Shown here one piece after another: positions 48,935-58,355 of a stretch of DNA of 64,000 nt (its first letter is position 1; every line of letters starts with the position of its first letter). The translations under genes were made by a program, and so were the position numbers. Source of the stretch: Myxococcota bacterium (GTDB taxonomy: Bacteria > Myxococcota_A > UBA9160 > JAFDDA01); contig OZ245817.1 in the NCBI GenBank assembly GCA_965228475.1, positions 2,944,001 to 3,008,000 on the forward strand, given 5' to 3'. The notes beneath the pieces were generated by a model that was not told where the DNA came from, made no database searches, and saw only the letters and a program-made list of their open reading frames with translations.

Positions 48935-49413
48935 CCCCGGCGGCCCCTTCGCATGGCGCGATCCACCTCGCGTTTCTCCTCGCGTTGGCGGATCGTCTGC
49001 CGCTTGTCGTAGCGGCGCTTGCCGCGGGCCAGGGCGAGCTCGCACTTGGCGCGGCCGTTCTTGAAGTAGAGCGAGACCGGGACGAGCGTCAGCCCCTTCT
49101 CGGCGATCTTGCCGTGCAGCTTCGCGATCTCGCGCTTGTGCAGGAGGAGCTTCCGCTCCCGGCGCGGCTCGACGTTGTCGCGGTGGGCCTGGGTGTAGGG
49201 GCTGATGTGGGCGCTCATCAGCCAGAGCTCCCCCTTGCGCACGACGGCGTAGGCATCGGAGAGGTTCGCTTTGCCTTCGCGCAGCGACTTCACCTCGGGC
49301 CCGACGAGCACGAGCCCCGCCTCGAAGTGATCGAGGAGCTCGTAGTCGAAGCGCGCGCGGCGGTTGGTCGCGATGAGCTTCTTCCCGCCGGTCTTTCCCG
49401 CATCGTCGGCCAT
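48931..49413 (-). CDS. smpB: SsrA-binding protein
   Basis: NRRARFDY, EAGLVLVGPEVKSLR, RKLLLHKREI, GKRRYDKR. Confidence 0.97.
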   Translation of the reverse strand: MADDAGKTGGKKLIATNRRARFDYELLDHFEAGLVLVGPEVKSLREGKANLSDAYAVVRKGELWLMSAHISPYTQAHRDNVEPRRERKLLLHKREIAKLHGKIAEKGLTLVPVSLYFKNGRAKCELALARGKRRYDKRQTIRQREEKREVDRAMRRGRRG

Positions 49414-49450
49414 GGCGGCCAAGGCTAGCGGACCCGCCCCGCGGGACCGC

Positions 49451-49816
49451 CTAGTAGGCCGAGATGTCTTCCTTGATCCGGTTCTGCGGGTCGCAGAAGA
49501 CGCGCTTGGCGTGGAAGCCCTTGGCCTCCTCGGGCGTCATCTGCGCCCAGCTCGCGATGATCACGAGGTCGCCGGGCTTGTTCAGATGCGCCGCGGCGCC
49601 GTTGATGCAGATCTCGCCGCTCCCCTCTTCCCCGAGGATCGCGTAGGTCTCGAGCCGCGCGCCGTTCGTGCAGTTCCAGATCGAGACCTTCTCGTAGGGC
49701 TGGATCTCGGAGGCGCGCAGAAGGATCGGATCGATGGCGACCGACCCCTCGTACTCGACGTTGGCTTCGGTCACCGTGGCACGGTGGATCTTCGACTTCA
49801 TGAAGGTCAGCAACAC
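49451..49816 (-). CDS. panD: Aspartate 1-decarboxylase
   Basis: [29 protein letters not shown]. Confidence 0.95.
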   Translation of the reverse strand: MLLTFMKSKIHRATVTEANVEYEGSVAIDPILLRASEIQPYEKVSIWNCTNGARLETYAILGEEGSGEICINGAAAHLNKPGDLVIIASWAQMTPEEAKGFHAKRVFCDPQNRIKEDISAY

Positions 49817-50781
49817 GGGGGCGTCTCCGGAAGGTTCTCGGGGGTGGAACTTCTCTCGCCGCGGCCCTGCCCGGGGGCGAGCACGCGGTTGTCGATCAGG
49901 CGGACCGGGCCGTTCTCCGTCTCGAACTTCATGGCCAGGGCCAGGAGCGTCGGGCCGGAGAGGGGCTCGGTGACGGGCGCGAGGGTCTCGGGATCCCGCA
50001 GCTCGGCGTAGTCGATGCGGCCGCGCGTCGCCTTTTCGAGCTCGACGCGGACGAGGTGGAGCAGCGCGGCGGGTGCGGTCTCGCCCGAGCCGACGGCCGC
50101 CTCGGCGGCGGCAAGGCCGCGCGAGAGCACCCGGGCTTCCTTGCGGCACTCGGCGTCGAGCAGGCGGTTGCGGCTCGAGCGCGCGACGCCGTCGTCCTCC
50201 CGGGCGATCGGGGCGCCGAGGATCTCGACGTCGAAGCACAGGTCCCGCGCCATGCGCCGGATCACGGCGAGCTGCTGGAAGTCCTTCTCGCCGAAGACCG
50301 CGACGTGGGGTTTCGTGGCCAGGAAGAGCTTCGTCACGACGGTCGTCACGCCCTGGAAGTGCCCCGGGCGATCCTTTCCGCACAGCGGGAGCGAGAGGTC
50401 CGAGACGTCCACCCAGGTCTGGGCGCCCTCCGGGTACATCTCCGCCACCAGCGGGAGGAAGACGGCGTCGGCGCCCGCTTCGGTGCAGGCGGCGAGGTCC
50501 GCCTCGAGGGTCCGCGGGTAGCGCTCGAAGTCCTCCCCCGGACCGAACTGGGTCGGGTTCACGAAGATCGTGACCCACACCACGTCCGCGTGCCGGCGCG
50601 CTTCGCGCACGAGCGAGAGATGGCCTTCGTGCAGGCAGCCCATGGTCGGCACGACGGCCAGCCGCCGGCCCGCACCGCGCAGCGCGTCCGCATGGGACTG
50701 CGCCTCCGCCACGGACTCGATGCAGCGGATCGTCGCGTTCTCCGCGCGGACCGCCGCGAGGCTACTCGTAGGCATGCTCAT
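49807..50781 (-). CDS. panC: Pantoate-beta-alanine ligase
   Basis: [37 protein letters not shown]. Confidence 0.95.
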   Translation of the reverse strand: MSMPTSSLAAVRAENATIRCIESVAEAQSHADALRGAGRRLAVVPTMGCLHEGHLSLVREARRHADVVWVTIFVNPTQFGPGEDFERYPRTLEADLAACTEAGADAVFLPLVAEMYPEGAQTWVDVSDLSLPLCGKDRPGHFQGVTTVVTKLFLATKPHVAVFGEKDFQQLAVIRRMARDLCFDVEILGAPIAREDDGVARSSRNRLLDAECRKEARVLSRGLAAAEAAVGSGETAPAALLHLVRVELEKATRGRIDYAELRDPETLAPVTEPLSGPTLLALAMKFETENGPVRLIDNRVLAPGQGRGERSSTPENLPETPPCC

Positions 50782-51589
50782 CGCCCGGGAACTTCCGGTT
50801 GGCGACGTCGTCCGCGAAGGCCCGCGCCGCCTGGGAGGCCAGCGAGCCGAGGTTCGCGTACTGCTTCACGAAGCTCGGGGTCCAGTCCGAGAGCCCGAGC
50901 ATGTCGTGCATCACGAGCACCTGACCGTCGCAGCCGACGCCCGCGCCGATGCCGATGGTCGGGATCGAGAGCTCGGCCGTGATCTCGCGGGCCAGGGCCT
51001 TCGGCATGCCCTCGAGCACGACCGCGAAGGCGCCGGCCTCCTCGACCGCGCGCGCGTCGGCGAGCACGCGCTCGCGCGCCTCCTCCGTGCGCCCCTGCAC
51101 CCGGAACCCGCCCATGCGGTGGACGGCCTGGGGAGTCAGCCCGACGTGGCCCATCACCGGGATCTCGGCCGCGACGATGCGCGCGATGGACGGGGCGACG
51201 GCGGTCCCGCCCTCGAGCTTCACGGCGTGGGCGCCGCCCTCCTTCACGAGGCGGATGGCGTTGCGGACGGCGTCCTCCGGGCCGACCTGGTAGCTCCCGA
51301 AGGGCATGTCCCCGACCAGCAGCGAGCGCCGGATCCCGCGGGCGACCATGCGCGTGTGGTAGACGACCTCGTCCATGGTCACGGGCAGCGTCGTCGCGGC
51401 CCCCTGGACGACGTTCCCGAGCGAGTCGCCGACGAGCAGGACGTCGATCCCGGCCTCGTCGAAGATGCGCGCGAAGGTGCAGTCGTAGGCCGTCAGCATC
51501 GAGATCGGCTGGGCCTTGCGCTTGCGGCTCTGGAGCGTGCGGACGGTGACGCGGTGCTCGCGCACCGCTTCCTGGGTGACGGTCGACAT
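50762..51589 (-). CDS. panB: 3-methyl-2-oxobutanoate hydroxymethyltransferase
   Basis: MLTAYD, LVGDSLG, VKLEGG, GHVGLTPQ, DGQVLV. Confidence 0.96.
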   Translation of the reverse strand: MSTVTQEAVREHRVTVRTLQSRKRKAQPISMLTAYDCTFARIFDEAGIDVLLVGDSLGNVVQGAATTLPVTMDEVVYHTRMVARGIRRSLLVGDMPFGSYQVGPEDAVRNAIRLVKEGGAHAVKLEGGTAVAPSIARIVAAEIPVMGHVGLTPQAVHRMGGFRVQGRTEEARERVLADARAVEEAGAFAVVLEGMPKALAREITAELSIPTIGIGAGVGCDGQVLVMHDMLGLSDWTPSFVKQYANLGSLASQAARAFADDVANRKFPGDEHAYE

Positions 51590-51628
51590 GAGGGGGGACT
51601 CCGTCGGCCCGTTCGCCTCATCCACTGG

Positions 51629-51668
51629 AAACAAAAGCGCGCCTGCCGGTCTTGAAACCGGAGGCGCG
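51629..51668 (-). terminator. Intrinsic terminator in the panB leader (attenuator)
   Basis: CGCGCCTCCGGT-TTCAAG-ACCGGCAGGCGCG followed by CTTTTGTTT, 40 nt upstream of the panB ATG. Confidence 0.75.
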
Positions 51669-51731
51669 TCGGGTGGGGGATGGCCGCGCCCGGAGGCTCG
51701 CCATCCGCTCGATCCCACCTGGCTCGAGCCT

Positions 51732-51759
51732 CCGTCTCGCTCCCGAGGGATACGAGCTT
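51732..51759 (-). promoter_or_regulatory. pan-motif-like leader hairpin
   Basis: AAGCTCGTATCCCTCGGGAGCGAGACGG, a bulged hairpin upstream of the terminator and panB; resemblance to the pan RNA motif is from memory. Confidence 0.45.
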
Positions 51760-51926
51760 TGCTCTTGCAGGATCGGCGTCACTCTCGTTCCGGACGGATG
51801 TGGCGTCCGGTTGGGTTGTGTCGATGAAGTTCGCACCGTGCGAGACCTCTCGACTTCGGAAGGTTAGGCCGATTTTCGGGCTTGGGTCAAGGGCCGGCCG
51901 GAACTCGGCCTGGGGCGCTCCCCGGC

Positions 51927-52217
51927 TCAGCCCTCCGCCCCGGCGTTCGGCCCTTCGAGCAGATCCCGAATGGCCGGGGGCAGGTAGCGCTCCGCCAGCG
52001 CAGGGCCTGCGTGTTCGCGCAGCGCTTCGCTGAGGACCCGGATGCGATCCGCGACGAGGTCTCCCTCCGAGAGCACGACCCAGACCTCGCCGCGCACGCG
52101 GCAGACGGCCGAGGCCGGCGCAGCGTCGGTGCCGGGCGTCCGCGCCAGCACGCGAACGTCGATGCCCACCTCCCGGGCGAGGTCAGCGAGCTGGTCGAGC
52201 AGGGTCGCCGCGTCCAT
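51927..52217 (-). CDS. Hypothetical protein
   Basis: 96-aa ORF directly after rsmA; host codon use. Confidence 0.65.
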   Translation of the reverse strand: MDAATLLDQLADLAREVGIDVRVLARTPGTDAAPASAVCRVRGEVWVVLSEGDLVADRIRVLSEALREHAGPALAERYLPPAIRDLLEGPNAGAEG

Positions 52218-52226
52218 CGCGAGAGG

Positions 52227-53090
52227 CTAGCGGCTCGCCTCGGTACCCGCGGGCAAGGCGCGGGCGAGTGCCAGGAAGTCGTCCGGAGAGAGCCGCTCGG
52301 CGCGCACGTCCGCGGGATGGCCGAGCGCCTCGAGCACGGCGCGCACGGCATCGGGCTCGACCGCCGGCGAGAGCCCCCCGCCGCGCAGGGCGTTCACGAG
52401 CGTCTTGCGTCGCTGGCCGAAGGCGGCCCGCACCACGCGCTCGAAGCCCGCCAGCTCGCCGCTCCGGAGCGGCGAGTCCGTTCGCGGTTCGAGGCAGAGG
52501 AAGGTCGAGGTCACCTTCGGCGCAGGGTGGAAGCAGCGGGGGGCCAGGTCGCGGACGCGGCGGACGTGGGCCGTCTGCGCATGGAGGACGGCCAGGGAGC
52601 CGTAGTCCCGCTCGCCCGGCGCGGCGGCAACGCGGGCCGCCACCTCCTTCTGCACCATCACGGACCAGCCCGCGAGCCGCTCCCGCAGGTCGAGGACCCG
52701 GCGCAGCACGACCGAGCCGACCGAGTACGGCAGGTTCGCGACCACGCGAACCCGGCCGGGCAGCTCGTCGACGAGCGCCGCGAGATCCTGGGCCAGCACG
52801 TCGCCGTGACGGAGCGAGACGTTGCCGGGCAGCGCGCCCTCCGCCTCGAGCAGGCGAACGAGACCCGAATCGATCTCGAGGCTCGTGACCTGCTCGGCCA
52901 CCTCGGCGAGCGCCCGGGACAGGATGCCGAGCCCCGCGCCGACCTCGAGCACCGACTCCCCCGGCGAGACGCCGGCGGCGCGCACGAGGGATCGGGCGAG
53001 GTCCGGGTCGACGAGGAAGTTCTGGCCGAGGTCGCGGCGGGGCGCGAGGCCGTGGCGCTCGAGCAGGCCGCGCACTTCGGAGACGCTCAA
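52227..53090 (-). CDS. rsmA: 16S rRNA adenine dimethyltransferase
   Basis: LGQNFL, LEVGAGLG, VANLPY, MVQKEVA, FGQRRKTL; start uncertain (TTG 53090 or ATG 53165). Confidence 0.93.
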   Translation of the reverse strand: MSVSEVRGLLERHGLAPRRDLGQNFLVDPDLARSLVRAAGVSPGESVLEVGAGLGILSRALAEVAEQVTSLEIDSGLVRLLEAEGALPGNVSLRHGDVLAQDLAALVDELPGRVRVVANLPYSVGSVVLRRVLDLRERLAGWSVMVQKEVAARVAAAPGERDYGSLAVLHAQTAHVRRVRDLAPRCFHPAPKVTSTFLCLEPRTDSPLRSGELAGFERVVRAAFGQRRKTLVNALRGGGLSPAVEPDAVRAVLEALGHPADVRAERLSPDDFLALARALPAGTEASR

Positions 53091-53130
53091 CGCCTGGACT
53101 CCCGGCCCACGCTCACGCGGACGGAGACGC

Positions 53131-54165
53131 TCACGCGGAGGCTTCGGCTTCGGTCCACGGTGCATCCCCGAGCGGGACGCGCGAGAAGGCGGTCAGGTCG
53201 AGGGCGTGTCGCTCGCCCCGGGCGAGCAGCTGCGAGCCGGCGGCCGCGATCATGACGGCGTTGTCGGTGCACAGCGAGAGCGGCGGGAAACACGCCTCGA
53301 ACCCCTCCGCCTCGGCCGCCGCCGCCATCTGCGCCCGCAGGCGGCGATTCGCAGCGACGCCGCCCACGACCGCGAGCCGGGCCAGGCCCTCCTGGTCGAG
53401 CGCGCGACGCGCCTTCGCGACGAGCACGTCCGTGGCCGCCGCCTGGAAGGAGGCGGCGATGTCCGAAACGGTCTCGGGCGTGAGCGAAGGTGCGCGTTCC
53501 GCCGCCAGCGCCACCGCGGTCTTCAGCCCGCTGTAGGAGAAGTCGAGGCCGGGCCCGTCGAGCATCGGCCGGGGAAACTCGATGGCGGCTTCGTCCCCCG
53601 CCTCGGCGGCCGCCGCCACGGCCGGACCGCCGGGGAACCCGAGGCCGAGCAGCTTCGCGACCTTGTCGAAGGCTTCGCCCACGGCGTCGTCCCGCGTCTG
53701 GCCGAGTAGCCGCGGCGGCGCATCGTCCTCGATCCGGTAGAGCGCCGTGTGCCCGCCGGAGACGACGAGGCCGACGAAGGGCGTCTCGAGCGGCGCATCG
53801 CCGAGCTGCGCCGAAGCCAGGTGACCGGCCAGGTGATGCACGCCCACGTGCGGAATGCCGAGCCGCCACGCCAGGGCCTTCCCGAAGGAGAGCCCCACGA
53901 GCAGGGATCCGATCAGCCCCGGCCCCGCCGTCAGCGCCACCCCGTCGAGCTCGCTCTCCGCGATCCCCGCCGCGGCGAGCGCCCGCTCGACCACACCCGA
54001 AACCGCCCGAACGTGATCCCGAGAAGCCAGCTCCGGCACCACCCCGCCATAGGGCGCATGCACGTCCCGCTGCTCGTGGATCACGGACGAAACGATGCCC
54101 CGCCCATCCCGAACCACGGCAGCGGCCATCTCGTCACAAGAACTCTCAATCCCGAGAACGAGCAT
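53131..54165 (-). CDS. tsaD: tRNA N6-adenosine threonylcarbamoyltransferase
   Basis: LGIESSCDE, GGVVPELASRDH, HHLAGH, VSGGHT, GEAFDK, DNAVMIA. Confidence 0.96.
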   Translation of the reverse strand: MLVLGIESSCDEMAAAVVRDGRGIVSSVIHEQRDVHAPYGGVVPELASRDHVRAVSGVVERALAAAGIAESELDGVALTAGPGLIGSLLVGLSFGKALAWRLGIPHVGVHHLAGHLASAQLGDAPLETPFVGLVVSGGHTALYRIEDDAPPRLLGQTRDDAVGEAFDKVAKLLGLGFPGGPAVAAAAEAGDEAAIEFPRPMLDGPGLDFSYSGLKTAVALAAERAPSLTPETVSDIAASFQAAATDVLVAKARRALDQEGLARLAVVGGVAANRRLRAQMAAAAEAEGFEACFPPLSLCTDNAVMIAAAGSQLLARGERHALDLTAFSRVPLGDAPWTEAEASA

Positions 54166-54202
54166 GGGTGCGTTTTCCAAAAGAAGGGCGAATCACCGAG
54201 GA

Positions 54203-54322
54203 GGCGCGGGCCGAGGGGAACCCTTCGGCGAAGTAAAGCGCAGCCCGCACTCGGATGTTCAATCGGTGTCGGCTGCCCGAGCGGGCGAGCCATGAGCCGA
54301 AGGGTTCCCCTCGGCCCGCGCC
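54203..54322. repeat. Perfect 27-bp inverted repeat forming a ~120-nt rod-like hairpin
   Basis: GGCGCGGGCCGAGGGGAACCCTTCGGC (54203-54229) and its exact reverse complement (54296-54322). Confidence 0.85.
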
Positions 54323-54332
54323 GGAGCCGGCG

Positions 54333-54698
54333 CTACCCGCCCATGCTCCGTTCGAGCTTCTCCTGCTCCGACTTACACTCGATACAAAGCCGAGCCACGG
54401 GCCGAGCCTCGAGCCGCTTCAGCCCGATCTCCTCCCCGCAGTTCTCGCACTCCCCGTACTCCCCGTCCTCGATCTTCTCGAGCGCCGCCTCGATCTTCGA
54501 GAGCAGTCCGCGTTCGCGCTCGCGCAAGCGGCCGATGAACGCCAGGCCCACCTCGGAAGAGGCGGTGTCGATCTCGTCGGGGAAATCGTCGGGGTCGAGG
54601 TGGATGTCGCCCGAGAGGGCCTTCTGGGCGCGGCCCAGGACCTCGTCGCGCTGCCCTTGCAAGATCTTCCGGAACTTCTCGAGCTCCCGCTTTCTCAT
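54333..54698 (-). CDS. dksA: DksA/TraR C4 zinc-finger protein
   Basis: DEIDTA coiled-coil tip, YGECENCG..RLEARP..LCIECK. Confidence 0.9.
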   Translation of the reverse strand: MRKRELEKFRKILQGQRDEVLGRAQKALSGDIHLDPDDFPDEIDTASSEVGLAFIGRLRERERGLLSKIEAALEKIEDGEYGECENCGEEIGLKRLEARPVARLCIECKSEQEKLERSMGG

Positions 54699-54775
54699 CG
54701 CTGTCCCGTCTCCACTTCGGTTCGAACCCGGTCCGCATCCGGCTCGAGTCGCCCCGGTTCGTCGCGCCGCCGGCT

Positions 54776-55711
54776 CTAGCCCGTGCCCAGGATCTCGAGC
54801 TGACGTCGCGCTTCGATCGCGCGGTCCGACTCCGGGTACTCCCGCAACACCCGCTCGAAGGCCTTGCCCGCCGCCTTCGTGTAACCCGGGCCCAACCGCA
54901 GGAGCGCTTCGCCCTGGCGATAGAGCGCGTCCGCTGCCTTGTTGCCCGTGGGATAGCGTGAAACCACGTCGTCGAAACGCAGGATGGCCGTCTTGTAGTC
55001 CCCCTGCTTGAAGTAGCAGTCCGCCATCCAATACGACGCGTCGTCGGCGAAGGGCGAGGACGCGTTAGTCTGCAAGAACTGCCGGAACTGGTCAATGCAG
55101 GCCCGGGTATCGTCGTTTCGCCACGCGGCGTAGGCCGAGCGGTAGGCCTCGATCACGCCCGTCCCGCCCGGCGTGCCCGGGCCCGGCGCCGAGGCGGGCA
55201 CCGAACTCAGCGGATCCGCCGTCGGCGCGCCCGGAATCGAGAGCGCCGGGTCCGGCGAGACCTCGGGCACCGGTGCGACCGCCACGGACGGGCCGGGTGC
55301 CGGCGCCGTCGACGCCCCCTGCCCCGCCGCGTCGCGCGCTTCGCTCGCCGTGCGCGCGGCTTCGCTGGCTTCCCGCCGGGCGGTGTCCGCGTCGCCCCGC
55401 GCCTCGGCGGCTTCCGAGCGCGCGGCGGTGGCTTCTTCGAGCGCCCGCTCGCTGCGGTGTTCGATCTGCTCGAGCTGACCCTGGATCTCGTTCAGCCGCG
55501 CTTCGATCTCGTCGAGCCGGACGCCCAGGTCCGCCGCCTCACGGGCGGCCACGTTGCTGCCGGCTCCGGTAGCGCGCAGCTCGCGCACGTCGCGCTCGAG
55601 CGCACGGTACTCTGCCGTGGTGGCGCAGCCCGTCGCGAACAGGGCGACGAAGCCTGCGCCGAGCGCAGCGCGCAGGGCGCGCGCACTTCTCCGATTCTTC
55701 GTGCGATGCAT
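54776..55711 (-). CDS. cpoB: Tol-Pal system TPR lipoprotein CpoB/YbgF
   Basis: Lipobox ATGC, coiled coil, TPRs ending YPESDRA; follows tolB. Confidence 0.85.
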   Translation of the reverse strand: MHRTKNRRSARALRAALGAGFVALFATGCATTAEYRALERDVRELRATGAGSNVAAREAADLGVRLDEIEARLNEIQGQLEQIEHRSERALEEATAARSEAAEARGDADTARREASEAARTASEARDAAGQGASTAPAPGPSVAVAPVPEVSPDPALSIPGAPTADPLSSVPASAPGPGTPGGTGVIEAYRSAYAAWRNDDTRACIDQFRQFLQTNASSPFADDASYWMADCYFKQGDYKTAILRFDDVVSRYPTGNKAADALYRQGEALLRLGPGYTKAAGKAFERVLREYPESDRAIEARRQLEILGTG

Positions 55712-55787
55712 GGGCAACCTCCCCTTCCAGACCCGGCCCGCATCCCTGCGGCCGAGGCCCCCCGCGCGAAACGGTACCGCGCCGCCC

Positions 55788-57092
55788 CTAGCGGGGATAG
55801 GGGCCCCAGGACGGGCTCTTCTCGTCGCCGCGGCCCCGCGTGAGCCGCACCAGGTTCTTCCCGCTCACGTCGACCCGGTAGAGATCGTGGCTTCCCCGCC
55901 GGGACGAGCTGAACACGACCTTCCTGCCGTCCGGAGACCAGGAGGGTCCTTCGTCACTCCGCGGGTGCGACACGAGCGGAACGTTCGTCCCTTCTTCGGG
56001 ATCGATCAGCCAGATGTCGAACTGGCCGCCCACGCGCGCCTCGTAGGCGATCCAGCGGCCGTCCGGCGACCAGGCGGGCGACGTGTTGTAGCGGCCGTTG
56101 AAGGTGATCCGGCGCACACCGACACCCTCGCGCGTCATCACGTAGATCTGGGGCGAACCCGAGCGATCCGAGACGAAGGCGATCTTGCGGCCGTCGGGCG
56201 ACCAGGCGGGCGAGACGTCGATGGCGCGGTTGTTCGTCAGCCGGTTCAGGGAGCGTCCGCTCCGGGCCACCGTGAAGATCTCCGCCGCGGGGCCCTCCTT
56301 CGCGACCAGGGCCAGGCGCGGGCCGTCGGGCTCGAACACCGCGCGGTAGTGGGACTGGGCGGGGCTGAGCGCGCGCAGGATCCGGCCCGAGCGGCCCACC
56401 CGCGCGAGGACGAAGATGTGGGGCCGGCCTCCGTCGCGGTACGACGTGTAGACGATCTCGTTGCCCTTCGGGTGCCAGGACGGGAACTGGTTGATCGAGC
56501 CGCTCTTGGTGATCGCGCGCTCGTTCCCGCCGATCGCGTCCATGACGTGGATCTCGGGAACCCCGCTGCGGTTCGAAACGAAGACGATCTCGGTGCTCGA
56601 CACCCCGGCCTTCCCGGTGAAGGCGGCCACGACGTCGTCGGCCACGCGCCGGGCGAGCGTCTTCGAATCCCCGGGGCTCGCCCGGTAGCGGTGGCGGCGC
56701 AGGCTCCGGCACGCGCGCGCCACGTCGATCACGCGGTACTCGACGACGAGCTTGCCGCGCTCGCTCTGGATCGCGCCCTGGACGAGCGCGTCGGCCCGGA
56801 TCTGCGACCAGTCCGTGCAGGCCACGCGGTCGTCGAAGGAGCCCGTCGCGACGGGGCCGAGGAAGGCCTCCTCATCCAGGACCTGGAAGAGGCCCGAGAA
56901 CTCGAGCGCCGCGGCGATCTCCTTGTGGAGCGCTTCCACCTTCCCGCGTTCCCCGGGGCCGGGGGCGAAGCGCTGGAGCGCGACGCGGTAGGCCGCCGCG
57001 GAAGGATCGGTCACGACCACGGCGGGGCGGTCCTGGGCGGCCGCGGCCGTCGCCAGCAAGACCGGGAGCAGAACGAGAAGCCTCGGCAGCAT
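55788..57092 (-). CDS. tolB: Tol-Pal beta-propeller protein
   Basis: PD40 repeats SPAWSPDG, FVSDRSGSPQIY. Confidence 0.92.
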   Translation of the reverse strand: MLPRLLVLLPVLLATAAAAQDRPAVVVTDPSAAAYRVALQRFAPGPGERGKVEALHKEIAAALEFSGLFQVLDEEAFLGPVATGSFDDRVACTDWSQIRADALVQGAIQSERGKLVVEYRVIDVARACRSLRRHRYRASPGDSKTLARRVADDVVAAFTGKAGVSSTEIVFVSNRSGVPEIHVMDAIGGNERAITKSGSINQFPSWHPKGNEIVYTSYRDGGRPHIFVLARVGRSGRILRALSPAQSHYRAVFEPDGPRLALVAKEGPAAEIFTVARSGRSLNRLTNNRAIDVSPAWSPDGRKIAFVSDRSGSPQIYVMTREGVGVRRITFNGRYNTSPAWSPDGRWIAYEARVGGQFDIWLIDPEEGTNVPLVSHPRSDEGPSWSPDGRKVVFSSSRRGSHDLYRVDVSGKNLVRLTRGRGDEKSPSWGPYPR

Positions 57093-57892
57093 CAATCATC
57101 CTCCGGCCGGAACACGAACGGCCACTTTCCCGCTTCCGGCGGCGCCGGCAGCGGGCTCGACTTCTCGATCGCCCTTACGACGGACTCGTCGTACCAGGGG
57201 TTCCCCGATCGCCGCGTGATCTTCGGCTCGCCCTGGACGTGCCCGCCGGAGTCGAGGGTGACCTCGACGTGGGTCTCGAGGGGCTCGCGCCGGAATCCCG
57301 CCTCGAGCACCCACTCGCGCCGAACGTGGATCCGGGCGTCGCGCAGCCAGGCCACGACCTCCGGCGGAGCCGGCCGGCCGGGGCCGCTGGCCTGGGGTGC
57401 GGGGACCGCTTTGGGTTGGGGGCGAGCCGGGGCCCGGGGAGCGGGCGTGGGCGGAGGCGTCGTGCGGCGGCGCACCATCTCGATCGGATCCGGGCGGGCT
57501 TCCCCGGCATCGGCGCGCAGGGACTCGAGGAGATCGTCGTACTCCGCCTCCGCGGGCTTGGGCGGCGGCTTCGCGATCTCGCGGGGCTCGACCTTCCGCG
57601 TCGGCCGCGTCGGCAGCACCACCTTGCGCGGCACCGGCTTCGGCGCGGGAGCCGGCGCCGGGGCGGCCTTCGGGGCGGGCGCCGGCTTCGGAGCCGGCCG
57701 CGGCGCGGGAGCCGGTGCGGCGGCCACGAGCTCGACGGTGACGACGCTCGGCAACTCGATCCGGCGCTTCGGGAAGCCCGGCTGGATCACGAAGAAGGCG
57801 ACGATGGCCGCGTGGAAGAGCGCCGAGAACGCGAATGCCTTGCGGAAGCCGCGCCGTCGGGCCTCGTCCCAACCGGCGAGGGCCGCGCTCAC
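57092..57892 (-). CDS. tolA: TolA/TonB-family protein
   Basis: TM with S-x3-H, Pro/Ala/Lys linker, SGNPWYDESVVRAIEKSSPLP. Confidence 0.8.
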   Translation of the reverse strand: MSAALAGWDEARRRGFRKAFAFSALFHAAIVAFFVIQPGFPKRRIELPSVVTVELVAAAPAPAPRPAPKPAPAPKAAPAPAPAPKPVPRKVVLPTRPTRKVEPREIAKPPPKPAEAEYDDLLESLRADAGEARPDPIEMVRRRTTPPPTPAPRAPARPQPKAVPAPQASGPGRPAPPEVVAWLRDARIHVRREWVLEAGFRREPLETHVEVTLDSGGHVQGEPKITRRSGNPWYDESVVRAIEKSSPLPAPPEAGKWPFVFRPEDD

Positions 57893-57938
57893 GAGGCCTC
57901 GCCGGGGGCAGCACCGCGCGGCGGACGCGCGCCGGCCA

Positions 57939-58355
57939 TCAGCGGCCTTCGGGCTCGGTCACCATCCCGAGCTTCTTCGCCCCGGCGCCGCGGGCGGCGG
58001 CCATGGCCTGGGCCACGAGGCCGTAGGGCGCCGCCGCGTCCGCCCGCAGGAAGACCTCGGGCTCGTCCTGGCCCTCGAAGATCGCCGTGAGCTTCTTCTC
58101 GAGATCGCCGGGCTTCACCTCGGACCGACCGACGTGAACCGTGCCGTCCTTCTTCACCGTCAGGATCAGCGGCTCGTTCTTCACGCGCAGGGCCTGGGTC
58201 GTCGTGTCGGGCAGATCGACGTCGATGCCCTGCTGCATCATCGGCGCCGTCACCATGAAGATGATCAGCAGCACGAGCATCACGTCGACGAGCGGCGTGA
58301 CGTTGATCTCGGAGAGCGGCTGGCCGTAGCCGCCTCGGCCGGAGCTGGCGCCCAT
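57939..58355 (-). CDS. tolR: TolR
   Basis: EINVTPLVDVMLVLLIIFMVTAP, LRAD. Confidence 0.92.
   Translation of the reverse strand: MGASSGRGGYGQPLSEINVTPLVDVMLVLLIIFMVTAPMMQQGIDVDLPDTTTQALRVKNEPLILTVKKDGTVHVGRSEVKPGDLEKKLTAIFEGQDEPEVFLRADAAAPYGLVAQAMAAARGAGAKKLGMVTEPEGR

Noticed and set aside
54203..54322. Calling the long hairpin 6S RNA
   Set aside because: Shorter than typical 6S and not in a context I recognise for ssrS; needs a covariance-model search, so reported only as an inverted repeat.
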